Origin: Candidatus Latescibacterota bacterium
GTDB lineage: Bacteria; Krumholzibacteriota; Krumholzibacteriia; WVZY01
Length of the DNA: 64,000 nucleotides
Assembly (NCBI GenBank): GCA_963791045.1
Contig: CAWBQK010000009.1
Coordinates: forward strand, 32,001 to 96,000
Direction: 5' to 3'
A program made the translations under genes and the position numbers. Of the stretch, positions 46,764 to 58,912 are shown in pieces. The notes beneath the pieces were generated by a model. That model made no database searches and had not been told where the DNA came from. It saw only the letters and a program-made list of their open reading frames with translations. Position 1 is the first letter of the stretch, and each line of letters starts with the position of its first letter.

Positions 46764-48722
46764 ATGATCGGCGCATTTCTCATCATATTTCTGTCGGCCG
46801 TCGTCTCGATGCGGCTCAAGAGACAACCCGCGGCGGCCCGAACAGCGCTCGGTTTCGCCGTTGGAATCGGCGCGCCGATCCTGGCCATATCGGCGCTGGG
46901 ACGCGTCGGCATCCATGCAGGCACCTTCACGGTAATCGGTGTGTTCGTCGTCATCACCGGTCTCGTTCTCGCCATCACCACCCGATATAAAGACGAAGAA
47001 GACGATACACGCTGGCTTGGCGTCTACGCGGTGTCTTTTCTCATCGCGGCGATCACGGCGCTGGTCGGCCGCTCGCCCACTATCGGCGTTCTCGTCGATC
47101 CATGGGCGCACATGGCGTGGAGCCGCGATCTCACAACGGCACACACATTCTACCCGCCCGGACTTCCGGCTCTCGATGCCATTCTACGGACGGATCACGG
47201 CCTGGCCGGCGCTTTTCGCATGGCGCCCACGATTCTCCATGCCGCGCTTGCCGCTCAGTTTCTTGCGCTCGGCGAGTGTGTCAAAAGCAAGAATCGGTCG
47301 GCCGCTCCGGCAATCGGGCTTCTCGTATCGCTCGCCGCCATCGCGTACCTGATCGTTCCGGTGGCGTTTGGCAAGTTTGATCCTCCGCGCCCGGAGCTCA
47401 TGGCCGCCGTCTTTGTCACCGCTTCGTGGTGGATGATCGTCGCCAGGGGGAAAAGCCTCGCGTTCAGGAGCATCACGCTGGGGTTTTTCACATGCGCCGC
47501 ATTCGTCACCCATTTCAGTAATCTCGAAATCGCGCACATCATCGCGCTTGGCCTGACAATCGCGTTCGGCAGTTCGGGGACTCCCATCCGCCGGCTGCTC
47601 CTTCTTCTCGGATCCATTGCGATGGGGCTTGCCGTGTCCCTCGCCATTTCTCCTTGGCCGTTGACTCTCATTTTCAATCGGGACGCACTTCCGTACGCCG
47701 CGGTGTTCCACAGCAACGTCACCATTCCGTCCCCGCTCGCAATCGCGAGAATGTACGGGCTGGGCTTGAGCGTGGCCGGGGCGGCGTGTGCCCTGTGGAT
47801 CGTTCTGAATCTCCCAACGGCATATCGCCTGGTGAAAAGCGCCCTTGTTGGTTTGTGCGTCTTTGGAGTCGTTGTGGTGCTGCCTCTTTTCGCGGCCGCA
47901 TTGGGGATAAACATCCCGATATCGCTCGCCGCTTACCGGTTTTTCTTGGCCGCCGCACTACCTCTCGCAATCCTGATCGGGCTGACATCGTCTCTCACGC
48001 GGAGACGGCCCGCCGCGGGGATGATCGTGGCAGCGGTGTGTTTTTGTTTTCTTGCACTCGATGTCACCCTGCGGGCGGTCCTCACGCCGCTTCTCGTCCT
48101 GGCCACCGCGGCCCTCGTCGCCGGCTGGTGGACGCTCACACGGACACAGACAACCCGACGTCTGGGGTTGGCCGCCGCTCTCGCGCTAATCGCCGCCACC
48201 GCGATTCGCATCGCCATTTGGTTGCCGCAGCCTCCCTCCGAAGCGACATGGCTCAACAAAAACGGCGATCCACATATGACCGTAGTAACCAACTGGCCGC
48301 TCACCAACGCGCTCGATGCATTGGTCGACCAACCTGTCATCGACGGTCTGGCGGGAAACGACGGCAATGTCGCACGACACCGTTCGATGGTGTTGTCGCC
48401 ACTCCATGACCGTATTGACTGGTGCGGGGACGATTCGGCAACAAGCGTCGAAAGCCTGATCGAAACTCTCGAAGAGCTCGAGGCCCTGCCCGCATATCTC
48501 ATAGTGGGAAATCGGTTCGCCGAATCCTGGCGTTTGTATTCCGAACAGCACGCCAGAAGAATCGACATGGGCGATATCGAGGATCATCCGTTCTACGCCG
48601 CCCCACCCTGCGAGGAACCACCGGCCGATCGAATTACAAGAATTCGCGCGGCCATCGCGGCCCACGACAGGACCTCCCTCGAGTTCGACGACGAAGGCGT
48701 CACGGTGTATCGCGTCGAATAA
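46764..48722 (+). CDS. Polytopic membrane protein, possibly GT-C fold
   Basis: Many TM helices; DPWAH..YPPG in an early loop; soluble C-terminal domain. Confidence 0.55.
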   Translation: MIGAFLIIFLSAVVSMRLKRQPAAARTALGFAVGIGAPILAISALGRVGIHAGTFTVIGVFVVITGLVLAITTRYKDEEDDTRWLGVYAVSFLIAAITALVGRSPTIGVLVDPWAHMAWSRDLTTAHTFYPPGLPALDAILRTDHGLAGAFRMAPTILHAALAAQFLALGECVKSKNRSAAPAIGLLVSLAAIAYLIVPVAFGKFDPPRPELMAAVFVTASWWMIVARGKSLAFRSITLGFFTCAAFVTHFSNLEIAHIIALGLTIAFGSSGTPIRRLLLLLGSIAMGLAVSLAISPWPLTLIFNRDALPYAAVFHSNVTIPSPLAIARMYGLGLSVAGAACALWIVLNLPTAYRLVKSALVGLCVFGVVVVLPLFAAALGINIPISLAAYRFFLAAALPLAILIGLTSSLTRRRPAAGMIVAAVCFCFLALDVTLRAVLTPLLVLATAALVAGWWTLTRTQTTRRLGLAAALALIAATAIRIAIWLPQPPSEATWLNKNGDPHMTVVTNWPLTNALDALVDQPVIDGLAGNDGNVARHRSMVLSPLHDRIDWCGDDSATSVESLIETLEELEALPAYLIVGNRFAESWRLYSEQHARRIDMGDIEDHPFYAAPPCEEPPADRITRIRAAIAAHDRTSLEFDDEGVTVYRVE

Positions 48723-48819
48723 ACCAGGGCGCAACCGCGGTCACATTACATTTTCCTCTTTACTGACTCCGCAAAAACGGCTACTCATGGGTGCGAACCC
48801 CAATCAGGAGGAATCAACA

Positions 48820-49449
48820 ATGAGAAAATCACTGACAATTTTTCTGGTGATCTTGTGCATGGCCGCTACGGCGGTAACCACAATCGCCGGGAGCTCCGAA
48901 GAAGACGAGATGAAAGCCCGTCAGGGCCGGGAGAAAATCGATCTCGAGGCGAAATCGACGCTCGAACATCTTTTTGCGGAGAACGAATCCGCCAAAACCC
49001 TGTATGACAAAGCGTACGGATACGCGGTTTTCGACAACCTCAAGCTCTCACTATTCATCTCGGGCGGTGGCGGCAAAGGCGTCGCCGTTGAAAAGGAAAG
49101 CGGAAAACGGACCTACATGAATATGGGAACCGCGGGACTCAACCTCGGTCTGGGCGGCCAGAAATACCAGGTTGTGTTTTTGTTCGAACTCAAAGAAAGG
49201 TTCGACGATTTTGTCGACAAGGGATGGCAGGCCGACGCATCGGCAAACGCCGTCGCGGGCAAGTCCGGAGTAAACGCCGGCGCCAAATTCGTCAACGGGA
49301 TGGCGCTCTACCAGTTTACCGAAGCCGGCCTGATGCTGCAGGCTGACATCGCCGGCACGAAGTACTGGAAAAGCGACAGCCTCAACAAATACCCAAAAGA
49401 AGAGACGGCGGAAGAAGAAGCAGCTGAGGACGCAAAAAAAGACGACTAA
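48820..49449 (+). CDS. SYLF/YSC84-related lipid-binding protein
   Basis: AYGYAVF, GGGGKGV, GLGLGGQ, GLMLQADIAGTKY; CAGGAGG RBS. Confidence 0.8.
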   Translation: MRKSLTIFLVILCMAATAVTTIAGSSEEDEMKARQGREKIDLEAKSTLEHLFAENESAKTLYDKAYGYAVFDNLKLSLFISGGGGKGVAVEKESGKRTYMNMGTAGLNLGLGGQKYQVVFLFELKERFDDFVDKGWQADASANAVAGKSGVNAGAKFVNGMALYQFTEAGLMLQADIAGTKYWKSDSLNKYPKEETAEEEAAEDAKKDD

Positions 49450-49476
49450 CACAAGTCGTCTCGACGATCACAAAAT

Positions 49477-49513
49477 CGCCGGTGTATTCCTTATGGGGTA
49501 CGCCGGCGTTTTT
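49477..49513 (+). terminator. Rho-independent terminator
   Basis: CGCCGGTGTATTCC-TTAT-GGGGTACGCCGGCG followed by TTTTT. Confidence 0.7.
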
Positions 49514-49523
49514 ATATATTTCA

Positions 49524-51762
49524 CTAGTTCAGTCCTGCCTTATCGAGAAGGCCGGTGAACCGCGGGTCGGAACGCAAAACATCGAGACCGGGATGAACTC
49601 GCAAAGTCTCCATCCGGTGATCGCGTTCCTCGAAAGCCGAATTGAGCCAAGCGAAGGCCCTGTCACTCTCGCCCAACCCCGCATAGATAAGCGCCACACG
49701 GAATGGCGACACATACCTTTCACCCGACAACTCGAAAAGCTGATCCAAAACGCCGCGGGCACGGTCACCTTCGCCTGAGAGCGAGAAAATGATTCCAAGC
49801 TGAGAGAGGATCAAAGTGTCGCCGTCCCCCGCAAGACTCATCGCCTTTTGCGCCTCATCGATGGCCCTGGCGTACGCCGATCTGTGCGCGTAGGCAAGCG
49901 CGAGGAAATAGTGGGCGATGGCAAAACTGGGGTCCATTTCGAGTGTCTTGCGGAGCTGGTATATCGCCTCGTTATACCGCCGCGCGAAGTAGTACACCTG
50001 ACCGAGGTCGTTGTTGATGATGAGGGAGAGCGGGTCGAGTTCAAGCGCTTTTCTGCCCTCGGCGACCGCTTCGTCGTGCCGCCCCATGTAAGTCAAGAAT
50101 TCGGAGTACCACTGGTGGGCCGTCGCGTAGCTCGGATTCAGTTCGAGCGCACGTTTGTACTCTTTTTCCGCATTCGCCCAGTCCCAATCGTAATTGGCGC
50201 TTATCCACCCGAGCGATGCGTGCGCCTCTGCCAGCGTGTCGTCCAGCTTCGCCGGCTTTCTCCGCGGATGCCCTCGCGCGCGGAAATGCTTCCTTCGGCG
50301 AAAGGTGCCCGTACCACCCAAGCAGGGCGTATGAATCCGCTATCCCCGCATGGGCGATCGCGTAGTCCGGATCCTTGTCGATCGCCTGGCGATAGTACTC
50401 GAGGCTCTTCAGGTAACCGATCTCGGTTCGGAGATTCCAGAAGAACTGTCCCTTGAGATACAGGTTGTACGCTTCGACATCCTCGGTATGGCGTTTGACG
50501 AGAGCTTCTCTTTCGCTCTCCAAAAATTGTGACCCGCAACTTGTTGACGATGGCAAGTGTGATCTCGTCCTGGATGGCGAAAACATCCTCCATCTCGCGA
50601 TCGTACCGCTCGGACCATAGATGATAGCCGTCCGCCGCGTTGATCAAGCTGGGCGGTGATCCGGATCCGGTTCCCCGCTTTGCGGATGCTCCCTTCGAGA
50701 ATCGTTCCGACATTGAGCTTCTGGCCGATCCCGCGAATATCCTCGTTCTGGTCCTTGAACGAAAACGCCGAGGTTCGCGCCACAACCCGGAGCCCCTCGA
50801 CTTTGGCGAGCGCGTTTAATGATTTCTTCGGCAATTCCGTCACAAAGATATTCGAGTTCTTTTTTTCGGCTGACATCGGCAAAGGGAAGAACGGCGATCG
50901 ATTTCTGGAGATCTACGGGAGTAATTACTTTGCGGGGAAGCGGTTCGACGGCAATATTCCCGGGGGCCGTGAGATACTCGAGCATCTCCCCGGCGGTCTG
51001 GAAACGGTCGGCGGGATCTTTTTCCATCGCGTGCTCGACGATCCGCTGAATCGCGTCGGGGACTTCCGGCCGCAGCTGCTCGATCGGCACGGCCTCTTCA
51101 TTTATGACGGAATATACGATCGCCGCGTCGTAATCGCCTTTGAAGGGAAGTTCGCCGGTAAGCATTTCATAGAGGATGACGCCGAGCGACCAAATGTCGC
51201 TGCGGTGGTCCACCTCTCCCCCGCTTCCCTGCTCCGGCGACATGTACGCGGCGGTCCCCACACTCTTTGTCGTCTTAGAAATCTCGGCGCCCCCGACAAT
51301 CTTGGCGAGACCAAAATCCATAATCTTGATCTGGCCGTTGTCGGTGATCATGATATTGGAACTCTTGATATCCCGATGGATGACACCCCGTTTGTGTGCG
51401 GCGTCGAGACCGCGGGCGGCCTGTGCGGCGTATTCGATCGCGGTCGCGATACTCGCCGGGCCCTGCCGCGAGAACTCCCGGATGCTGTGTCCCTCGACAT
51501 AGGCCATCGATATAAAAATGAGGCTTTCGTCTTCGTCGATTTCGAAAATGGTGCAGATATTGGGGTGATCCAGCGCCGCGGCGGCCTGCGCCTCCCGGAT
51601 GAACCGCTCCCTGTGCTCCGTGTTCTCGAACGCGTGCGGCTGGAGAAATTTTAATGCCACCGGACGTTTGAGCCTTTCGTCCTCGGCCTTATACACGACT
51701 CCCATTCCGCCCTCACCGAGCTTCTCGAGAATCCTGTAATGAGATATTGTTCGTCCAATCAT
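49524..51762 (-). CDS. Ser/Thr kinase + TolB-like (SIAVLPF) + TPR protein; several frameshifts
   Basis: GEGGMG, HRDIK, DFG, YMSPE, then [26 protein letters not shown] and TPRs across frames. Confidence 0.85.
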
Positions 51763-52045
51763 GATATTGGCGCTATCGTCAGATGACTATGGGCGGGGTA
51801 TAGCGGTGATCAATCCACACATCATAATATACGTCTATTGTAGCAAGAAGGTTCCAGAGAGTCAAAAACGGTGAAGGCCTGCGGAGAAAGCGCAAAACTC
51901 GCCTCGCGAGCAATTTCGCCCAGCACCGCCACCAATGCAAGACCGCAACTGTTGCTTCGATAATAGCTTACAATGCTAAATAAATTTACGTCTTTTTATC
52001 CGTTGGGCGCGGTTGTACCATGTTCTGTGTAACCGAAAGGACATC

Positions 52046-52408
52046 ATGAAATCCGCAACACGCCGTTCAACCGCAACTCTGCCGTTTGTCTTCGTCGTCG
52101 CAGCCCTCATTGTCGCCCAGGCAATGACCGGCTGCACGCACTACGGAGACCCGCGCGCCGAACTGATCGTCACGTCAAACAGGGATGACGCGACGATTTA
52201 CCTCGTCCCGATTGACAAAGAGCTCGTCAAACCGCTCACTTCCAAAGCTCTCAAGCAGTACAACATCGGCTCCACGTCTTCACCACGCGGGATATGGGTC
52301 AATCACGGGTACTACTGGCTGGTGCTCGAAGACAAGGGAACCTGGTCGGGGCCGATCGAATTCGAGGTGCGGCTGGACAATCTCAACAAGGTCCACGTGG
52401 ATTTTTGA
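52046..52408 (+). CDS. Small lipoprotein (PEGA-like strand pattern)
   Basis: AAGGA RBS, lipobox MTGC, LIVTSNRDDATIY. Confidence 0.6.
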   Translation: MKSATRRSTATLPFVFVVAALIVAQAMTGCTHYGDPRAELIVTSNRDDATIYLVPIDKELVKPLTSKALKQYNIGSTSSPRGIWVNHGYYWLVLEDKGTWSGPIEFEVRLDNLNKVHVDF

Positions 52409-52441
52409 CCGAACGGTGGGAGACGGGGTGGAATCGCGCCA

Positions 52442-52480
52442 ATCGAGGATCTTGTAATGGGAGATCGTCTTGCCGATCAT
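52442..52480 (-). pseudogene. 13-codon N-terminal stub of a third Ser/Thr kinase
   Basis: Encodes MIGKTISHYKILD; ATGA-coupled to the stop of the 52477-55132 kinase. Confidence 0.7.
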
Positions 52481-55132
52481 GGGGTTGCCTTTGAGTGCCT
52501 CAGGATCACCGCCTGGTATTTCGGGTTGTCGCGAAGCGGTTCCCATCTCGGATCGATCTTCATGGTGGACGCGCACATAAGGGCCGGAATCGACAATACG
52601 TAATCAATCTTCTCGATCGCCCTGTCGTAATCGCCCACCAGGACATACGTCCACGCAAGAAAAGTTTCGAAATCCGCCCCGCGAATCGCGTCAATCGAGA
52701 CCGGCGTAATCTCGACGGAACGCGTCGCCTCGCGAATCGCGTCCTCCGACCGGCCGAGGACGGCATAGACCGGACCCAGGGCGCTGTGTATGCGGGAGTC
52801 ATCGGGGCGGATGGCCAGCTCCCTCTCGAGGGATGTCCGCGCCGATTCGCTCAGTTCCCGGCTCCTTGCTTCGTCTCCCATCATTGCGCTGGCAAACGCC
52901 GCCGCGGCCGCCGTGGGAATCGCGTGCGATGCATCCTCGAAAAACTCCACTCCGGCCGTCAGCGCGCGATCGCGGGCCGCCTCAAAGTCCTTTTCAAAAA
53001 TCTCCTGCCAGCAAAACAGAAAATCGATCCAGGGCTCCCGTCCGCCGGGAACCGATTCGAGGATTGCGCGTGCCTCGGGAAGATTTCCTGTGTCGACCCA
53101 CACGGTAAGCGCCTTGAATCCGTAACTCCAGATCTGGTCGGGAGCGACGGCGATCGCCCGATCGAATAACTCGAACGCCCTGTCGTAATCGCGCATGAAC
53201 GTGTATGTAATGCCGACCTCCCGAAGCAGCTGAGGATCCCTGGGACTAAGTTCGAGACATGCGTTCAGATGGCTCAACGCCTCCTCCCACCGCCCCTGCC
53301 GGCGCCGGATCCATCCGATGTGCTGAAGGATATCACCCCGGTTGGGCAGCATTTCCCCAACCTTTTCAAATTCTTCGAGAGCACGGTCGTAGTCCCTGTG
53401 GCAATGGTAATAGTAATACCCCATCGCAAGCGTCGCCTCGGGGAGCTCCGGTTGGAGCGCAAGGGCCCGGTCCACGGCGGCCTTGCACTTTTCGACGTGC
53501 TCTTGCGTTCGTTCGGCTCCCATGTTGAAGATCTGCGAATGCGCGATGGCAAGATCGGCCCAGGCGACGGCGAAATGAGGATCGAGTTCGACGGCGCGTT
53601 CGAACATCTCGAGGACGAGACGCCAGAGCCGCAGCGAGTACCCGGCTCTCACCATGTAATCGCGTCCCCGAAGAAACGCCTGATACGCTTCCATGTTCGC
53701 CGTCGGCTTCGCGTCGATCGCAGCGCGTTCGGGCTCGAGCAGGGTCACATTGAGTTGCTCCGTGACCTGTATCGCTATCTCGGATTGAACGTCAAAAATG
53801 TCCTCAAGAACGCGGTCGTACTGGTCCGTCCACAGATGCGTATCATCCGACACGCGGATAAGCTGCGGCGTCACCCGCACGCGGCTTTCGCCGTCACCGG
53901 GGCGGTCCCACCGGACCGTTCCCTCGAGCACATAGTCCACGCCAAGCTCGTCACCAATTTCTTTTATAGACTTGCCCGCGCCTTTGTATTGAATCGCGCT
54001 CGTTCGTGAAATCACACCAAGATCGCGAAGAGACGCCAACCGGCTCGTGATCTCTTCGGTCACGCCGTCGGCAAAATACTCGACCTCCGATGGACCCAGA
54101 TTTTGAAAAGGAAGAACGACGAGCATCGTTCTTTCGGGATGCGTGATCTTGAAGTCCTTATTGTGTTTTTGTTTGAGTGTGAACTGCCAGTTGATGGCGT
54201 AGGTGACGACAACAGCAATAATCGCCACCAAGATGACGCCCGCCCAGCGATCCGTTCTGCGACTTTTGCCCGGCGCGCGGGCGGGCGATTTTGACGATGC
54301 CGTTGACGGACGTTCCAGCCGGGGACTCTCACGATTCAAATCGGCAAAAACTTCGTCAATATTCTGGAAGCGATCGCCCGGCTTCTTTCTCGAGGCATCC
54401 GGCCACAACGGCTTCGAGATCCCCGGGAATGTCGGGACGGCGCGACGACAACGGCTCGGGCTCCTTGTTGAGAATCGAGTACATCACCGCTTGTTCGTGT
54501 TCACCGGAAAACGGAAGCGCCCCCGTCAACATCTCGTACAAAACTACACCGAGCGACCAGATGTCGGCCCGTTGATCAACATCATCTCCGCTCGTTTGTT
54601 CGGGCGCCATATAGGCGGCCGTCCCCACCGTAGTTCCGGCCTTTGTCAACCGGATCTGCCCGGACAGTTTGGCCAGACCAAAATCAAATATCTTGATCTC
54701 GTTGTCTTCGGTGACAAAAATATTGGCCGGTTTGATGTCACGGTGAACGATTTCGCCCGCATGCGCTTTGGCAAGACCTCGCGCAATCTGGCTGGCGATT
54801 TCGACGGCCTCGTCGACGTCGAGCGGCCCTCTGTCGATTCGTTCTTTCAGCGTCTCCCCCTTATAACAGGCCATACTGATAAACATCTGGCCGTCATCGG
54901 TCTCATTGATTTCATAAACGGTGCAGATATTATTGTGGTCCAGTGCAGAGGCCGCCTGGGCTTCCTGGATAAACCGTTCCTTGGCTTCCGCGTCACGAGT
55001 GAGTTCGGGGGGGAGAAACTTGAGGGCGACAATTCGCTTTAATTTGAGATCCTCGGCTTTATAGACGACACCCATGCCGCCCTCGCCGAGTTTCTCGAGG
55101 ATCTTGTAGTGCGATACGGTTTTACCGATCAT
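52477..55132 (-). CDS. Ser/Thr kinase + TM + TolB-like + TPR protein; frameshift near 54390
   Basis: MIGKTVSHY..GEGGMG, HRDIKPAN, DFG, YMAPE; second frame LVVLPFQN, VISRTS, TPRs. Confidence 0.87.
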
Positions 55133-55250
55133 GGCTCCCCTTCGAGAGACCGGCGCACCGCTACTAGCTACAAGATGTGTTTACAAAGATGGGGTGCTGC
55201 ACCATAACCTTTTCGATCACGCCCCTGCGAACAACAGGGGATTCAACGCG

Positions 55251-58200
55251 TCACATGCTCCGCCTATACTGCCCGCCGACATCAAAGAGCGCGGCGGTCA
55301 CCTGGCCGATAGAGCAATACTTGCACGCTTCCATTAGTTTCTCGAAGATGTTTTTGTTCTGTATGGCGGCGAGCTGAACCGCCCGCAAGGATTCATCCAC
55401 CTCAGTTTTATTTCTCGCATTCAAGGCTACGGTGGTATTGATCTGCTGTTTTTTCTCTTCTTCGGTGGACCGAATGACTTCCTGCGGAAGGACAGTCGGC
55501 GACCCTTTCGAATTGAGAAACGTATTCACGCCAACAATCGGATACTCGCCGGTGTGCTTGAGCGTTTCGTAGTAGAGGCTCTCCTCCTGGATCTTGCCCC
55601 GCTGGTACATCGTTTCCATCGCGCCCAACACGCCGCCGCGCTCGGTGATACGATCGAACTCGGCGAGAACGGCCTCCTCGACCAGATCGGTGAGTTCCTC
55701 GATGATAAAGGATCCCTGCATGGGGTTCTCGTTTTTGGCCAGACCCAACTCGCGGTTTATAATCAGCTGTATCGCAATCGCGCGGCGAACCGACTCTTCG
55801 GTCGGCGTGGTGATCGCCTCATCGTATGCGTTCGTGTGGAGCGAGTTGCAGTTGTCGTAGATCGCGTAGAGCCCCTGGAGTGTCGTACGTATATCGTTGA
55901 AATCAATTTCCTGCGCATGGAGCGACCGGCCCGAAGTCTGGATGTGATATTTGAGCATTTGCGCGCGTCGAATTCGCGCCGTACTTGTTCTTCATCGCCT
56001 TGGACCAGATCCGCCTCGCAACGCGTCCAATCACCGCGTACTCGGCATCGATCCCGTTCGAGAAGAAGAACGACAAGTTGGGACCAAAGTCGTTGATATC
56101 CATCCCGCGGCTCAGGTAATACTCGACGTACGTAAAACCGTTGGCGAGCGTGAACGCAAGCTGCGTGATCGGGTTCGCCCCCGCCTCGGCGATATGGTAA
56201 CCCGATATCGACACCGAGTAAAAATTGCGGACGTTGTTGGTGACAAAGAATGACTGAACGTCCCCCATCATCCTCAGCGCGAACTCCGTCGAGAAAATAC
56301 ACGTGTTCTGCGCCTGATCTTCCTTGAGGATGTCCGCCTGAACGGTTCCTCTGACCTCGTTGAGCGTCCGTTTTTTGATCTTCGCATAAACATCGGCGGG
56401 CAGGACCTGATCGCCCGTTACGCCGAGGAGCATCAATCCGAGTCCATCATTCCCCTCGGGCAGCGCTCCGTGATACCGAGGGCGTTCGGCGCCCTTTTTC
56501 GCAAAAATATCTTTTATCTTCTTTTCAACTTCGTTCTCGAGTCCTTTCTCTTTTATGTGCAGCTCGCACTGCTGATCGATCGCCGCGTTCAAAAAGAACC
56601 CCAGCATCATCGGGCCCGGACCGTTGATCGTCATCGACACGGACGTCTTGGGATCGGCGAGGTTGAACCCCGAGTAGAGCTTCTTCGCGTCGTCGAGACA
56701 ACACACCGACACGCCGGAATTACCGATCTTTCCATAGATATCGGGCCGGAAGTCGGGATCCCGCCCGTAGAGGGTCACCGAATCGAACGCCGTCGACAAC
56801 CGCTTGGCCGGCATTCCCATGCTCACATAATGAAACCGCCGGTTGGTCCGTTCGGGCGGTCCCTCACCGGCGAACATCCGCGTGGGATCCTCCCCTTCGC
56901 GCTTGAACGGGAAAAGCCCCGCCGTGTACGGAAACTCGCCGGGCACGTTCTCCCGGAGACGCCATTTGAGAACGTCGCCCCACGCATCGTACCTGGGAAA
57001 CGCCACCTTGGGCACCATCGTGTGCGACAAGCTTTCCGACTGGGTCTCGATGGCAAGTTCGCGGTCTCTGACCTGGAACTTGAACACTTTCTGTTTATAC
57101 TTTTTCTTTAGTTTTTTCCACGCGTCGAGAAGCTTCTTGTTTTCCGGATCGAGACGCGCCTCGACTTCCTTGAACGACTTCTTGAGATCCTTAATGATCT
57201 CTTCGTTCACCTTGCCGTCACCTTCCTCGAGCGTTTCGATCGACATCTTCAACGCGTACAGTTTCTGCGCGATCTCACCCTGTTCTTCCGCCCACTCATC
57301 GTAGGCTCTGTTGTTCTCGGCAATCTCCGACAGGTACCTCGTCCTGTGCGGCGGAATGATATAGACCTTTTCGGACATTTCGTCGGTCACTTTAAAACTC
57401 GAGACGAGATCCGCCCCCGTCTTTTTGACGAGTTCGTGCATGATCTCGACATAGAGTTCGTTCATCCCCGGATCGTTGAACTGCGAGGCAATGGTTCCGT
57501 ACACGGGGAGATCGGCATCTTTGGTCTCCCACAAGTTGTGATTGCGTTTGAACTGCTTTTTCACATCGCGGAGCGCATCGGCGGCTCCGCGTTTGTCAAA
57601 CTTGTTGAGCGCTATGATGTCGGCGAAGTCGAGCATCTGAATTTTCTCGAGCTGTGTCGCCGCGCCGTACTCCGGAGTCATCACATAAAGGCTTAAGTCC
57701 GCATGCTCGCTGATATCGGCGTCCGATTGCCCGATCCCCGAGGTTTCAACAATAATGAAATCATACTCCGCCGCCTTGAGAACATTGACGGCATCCTCGA
57801 CATGAGATGAGAGCGCGCGGTTGGACTGCCGCGTGGCGAGCGAACGCATAAAGACACGATCGTTGTAAACGGCGTTCATACGAATGCGGTCGCCGAGAAG
57901 CGCGCCGCCGGTTTTCTTGCGCGACGGGTCGACCGATACGATGGCCATCGCCTTGTCTTTGAAATCGATCAGAAAACGGCGGACGAGTTCGTCTATCACG
58001 GAGGACTTGCCTGCGCCGCCGGGTCCCGTGACGCCAAGAACCGGCGTCCGAACGCTGCCGGCGAGTTCGCGAACCTCGGCCATATCTTTCTTACATACCT
58101 TGGGAAAGTTCTCCGCGGCGGAGATCAGACGGGCGATCGAAAAGGTGTCCTTTTCCTTGAGCTTGCCCACATTGCCATTGAGATTGGCGCCTACCGGGAA

Positions 58201-58680
58201 ATCGCTTTTCTCCACCACATCGTTGATCATTCCCTGAAGCCCCATGGCACGCCCGTCATCGGGTGAATAGATCCGCTCGATCCCGTAATCGTGGAGCTCA
58301 TCCATCTCCTCTGGAAGAATCACTCCACCCCCACCGCCGAATATCTTTATGTGATCGGCGCCGCGCTCTTTCAAGAGGTCATGCATGTATTTGAAAAACT
58401 CGATGTGCCCGCCCTGGTACGATGTAATCGCGATGGACTGAGCATCTTCCTGGACGGCGCAATCCACGATGTCACCGACACTGCGATCGTGACCCAGATG
58501 GATGACTTCGACTCCGGTGGACTGGAGAATCCGGCGCATGATATTTATCGCCGCATCGTGCCCGTCAAAGAGCGATGCCGCGGTAACGATTCTCACGTGG
58601 TTTTTGGGTTTGTATGGTTTAATTTCTCGCATGCTTGTCTTCGTCCCCATTGTTTTGTCCGCACTTCTGTTTTTAGACAC
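55251..58680 (-). CDS. icmF: Fused isobutyryl-CoA mutase/MeaB GTPase IcmF (frameshift near 55960)
   Basis: [13 protein letters not shown]12-binding domain, [51 protein letters not shown]. Confidence 0.92.
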
Positions 58681-58833
58681 ACCACCCCATCCCCGGACAC
58701 GTCCAATTCGTCCCGTCCGCGTGGATCGAGGCTAACTTGTCGATCTTTCCCAGTTTACAGGAAAACACCGCGTACGGGCAACCCTCAGCGGCACAACAAT
58801 AGGCGGGGAGAAGGATATGGGGGACAGCCGACA

Positions 58834-58883
58834 GGCCACAATATATTGTGGCCCGCCTTGGCGATAACCACTTTATATGGGGT
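58834..58883. promoter_or_regulatory. Tandem NrdR-box-like sites upstream of icmF
   Basis: Perfect 20-bp palindrome GGCCACAATATATTGTGGCC (58834-58853); second box CCACTTTATATGGGGT offset by 32 bp. Confidence 0.6.
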
Positions 58884-58912
58884 GACAACCACCGTGCGAC
58901 AAAAACCCTGGT

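Noticed and set aside
49524-58680. True pseudogenisation of the kinases and icmF
   Set aside because: Only single-base indels with intact motifs, as elsewhere in the window; assembly error is more parsimonious, though unproven without reads.
58681-58912. Cobalamin riboswitch before icmF
   Set aside because: No recognisable B12-box or conserved core by eye; an Rfam scan would be decisive.
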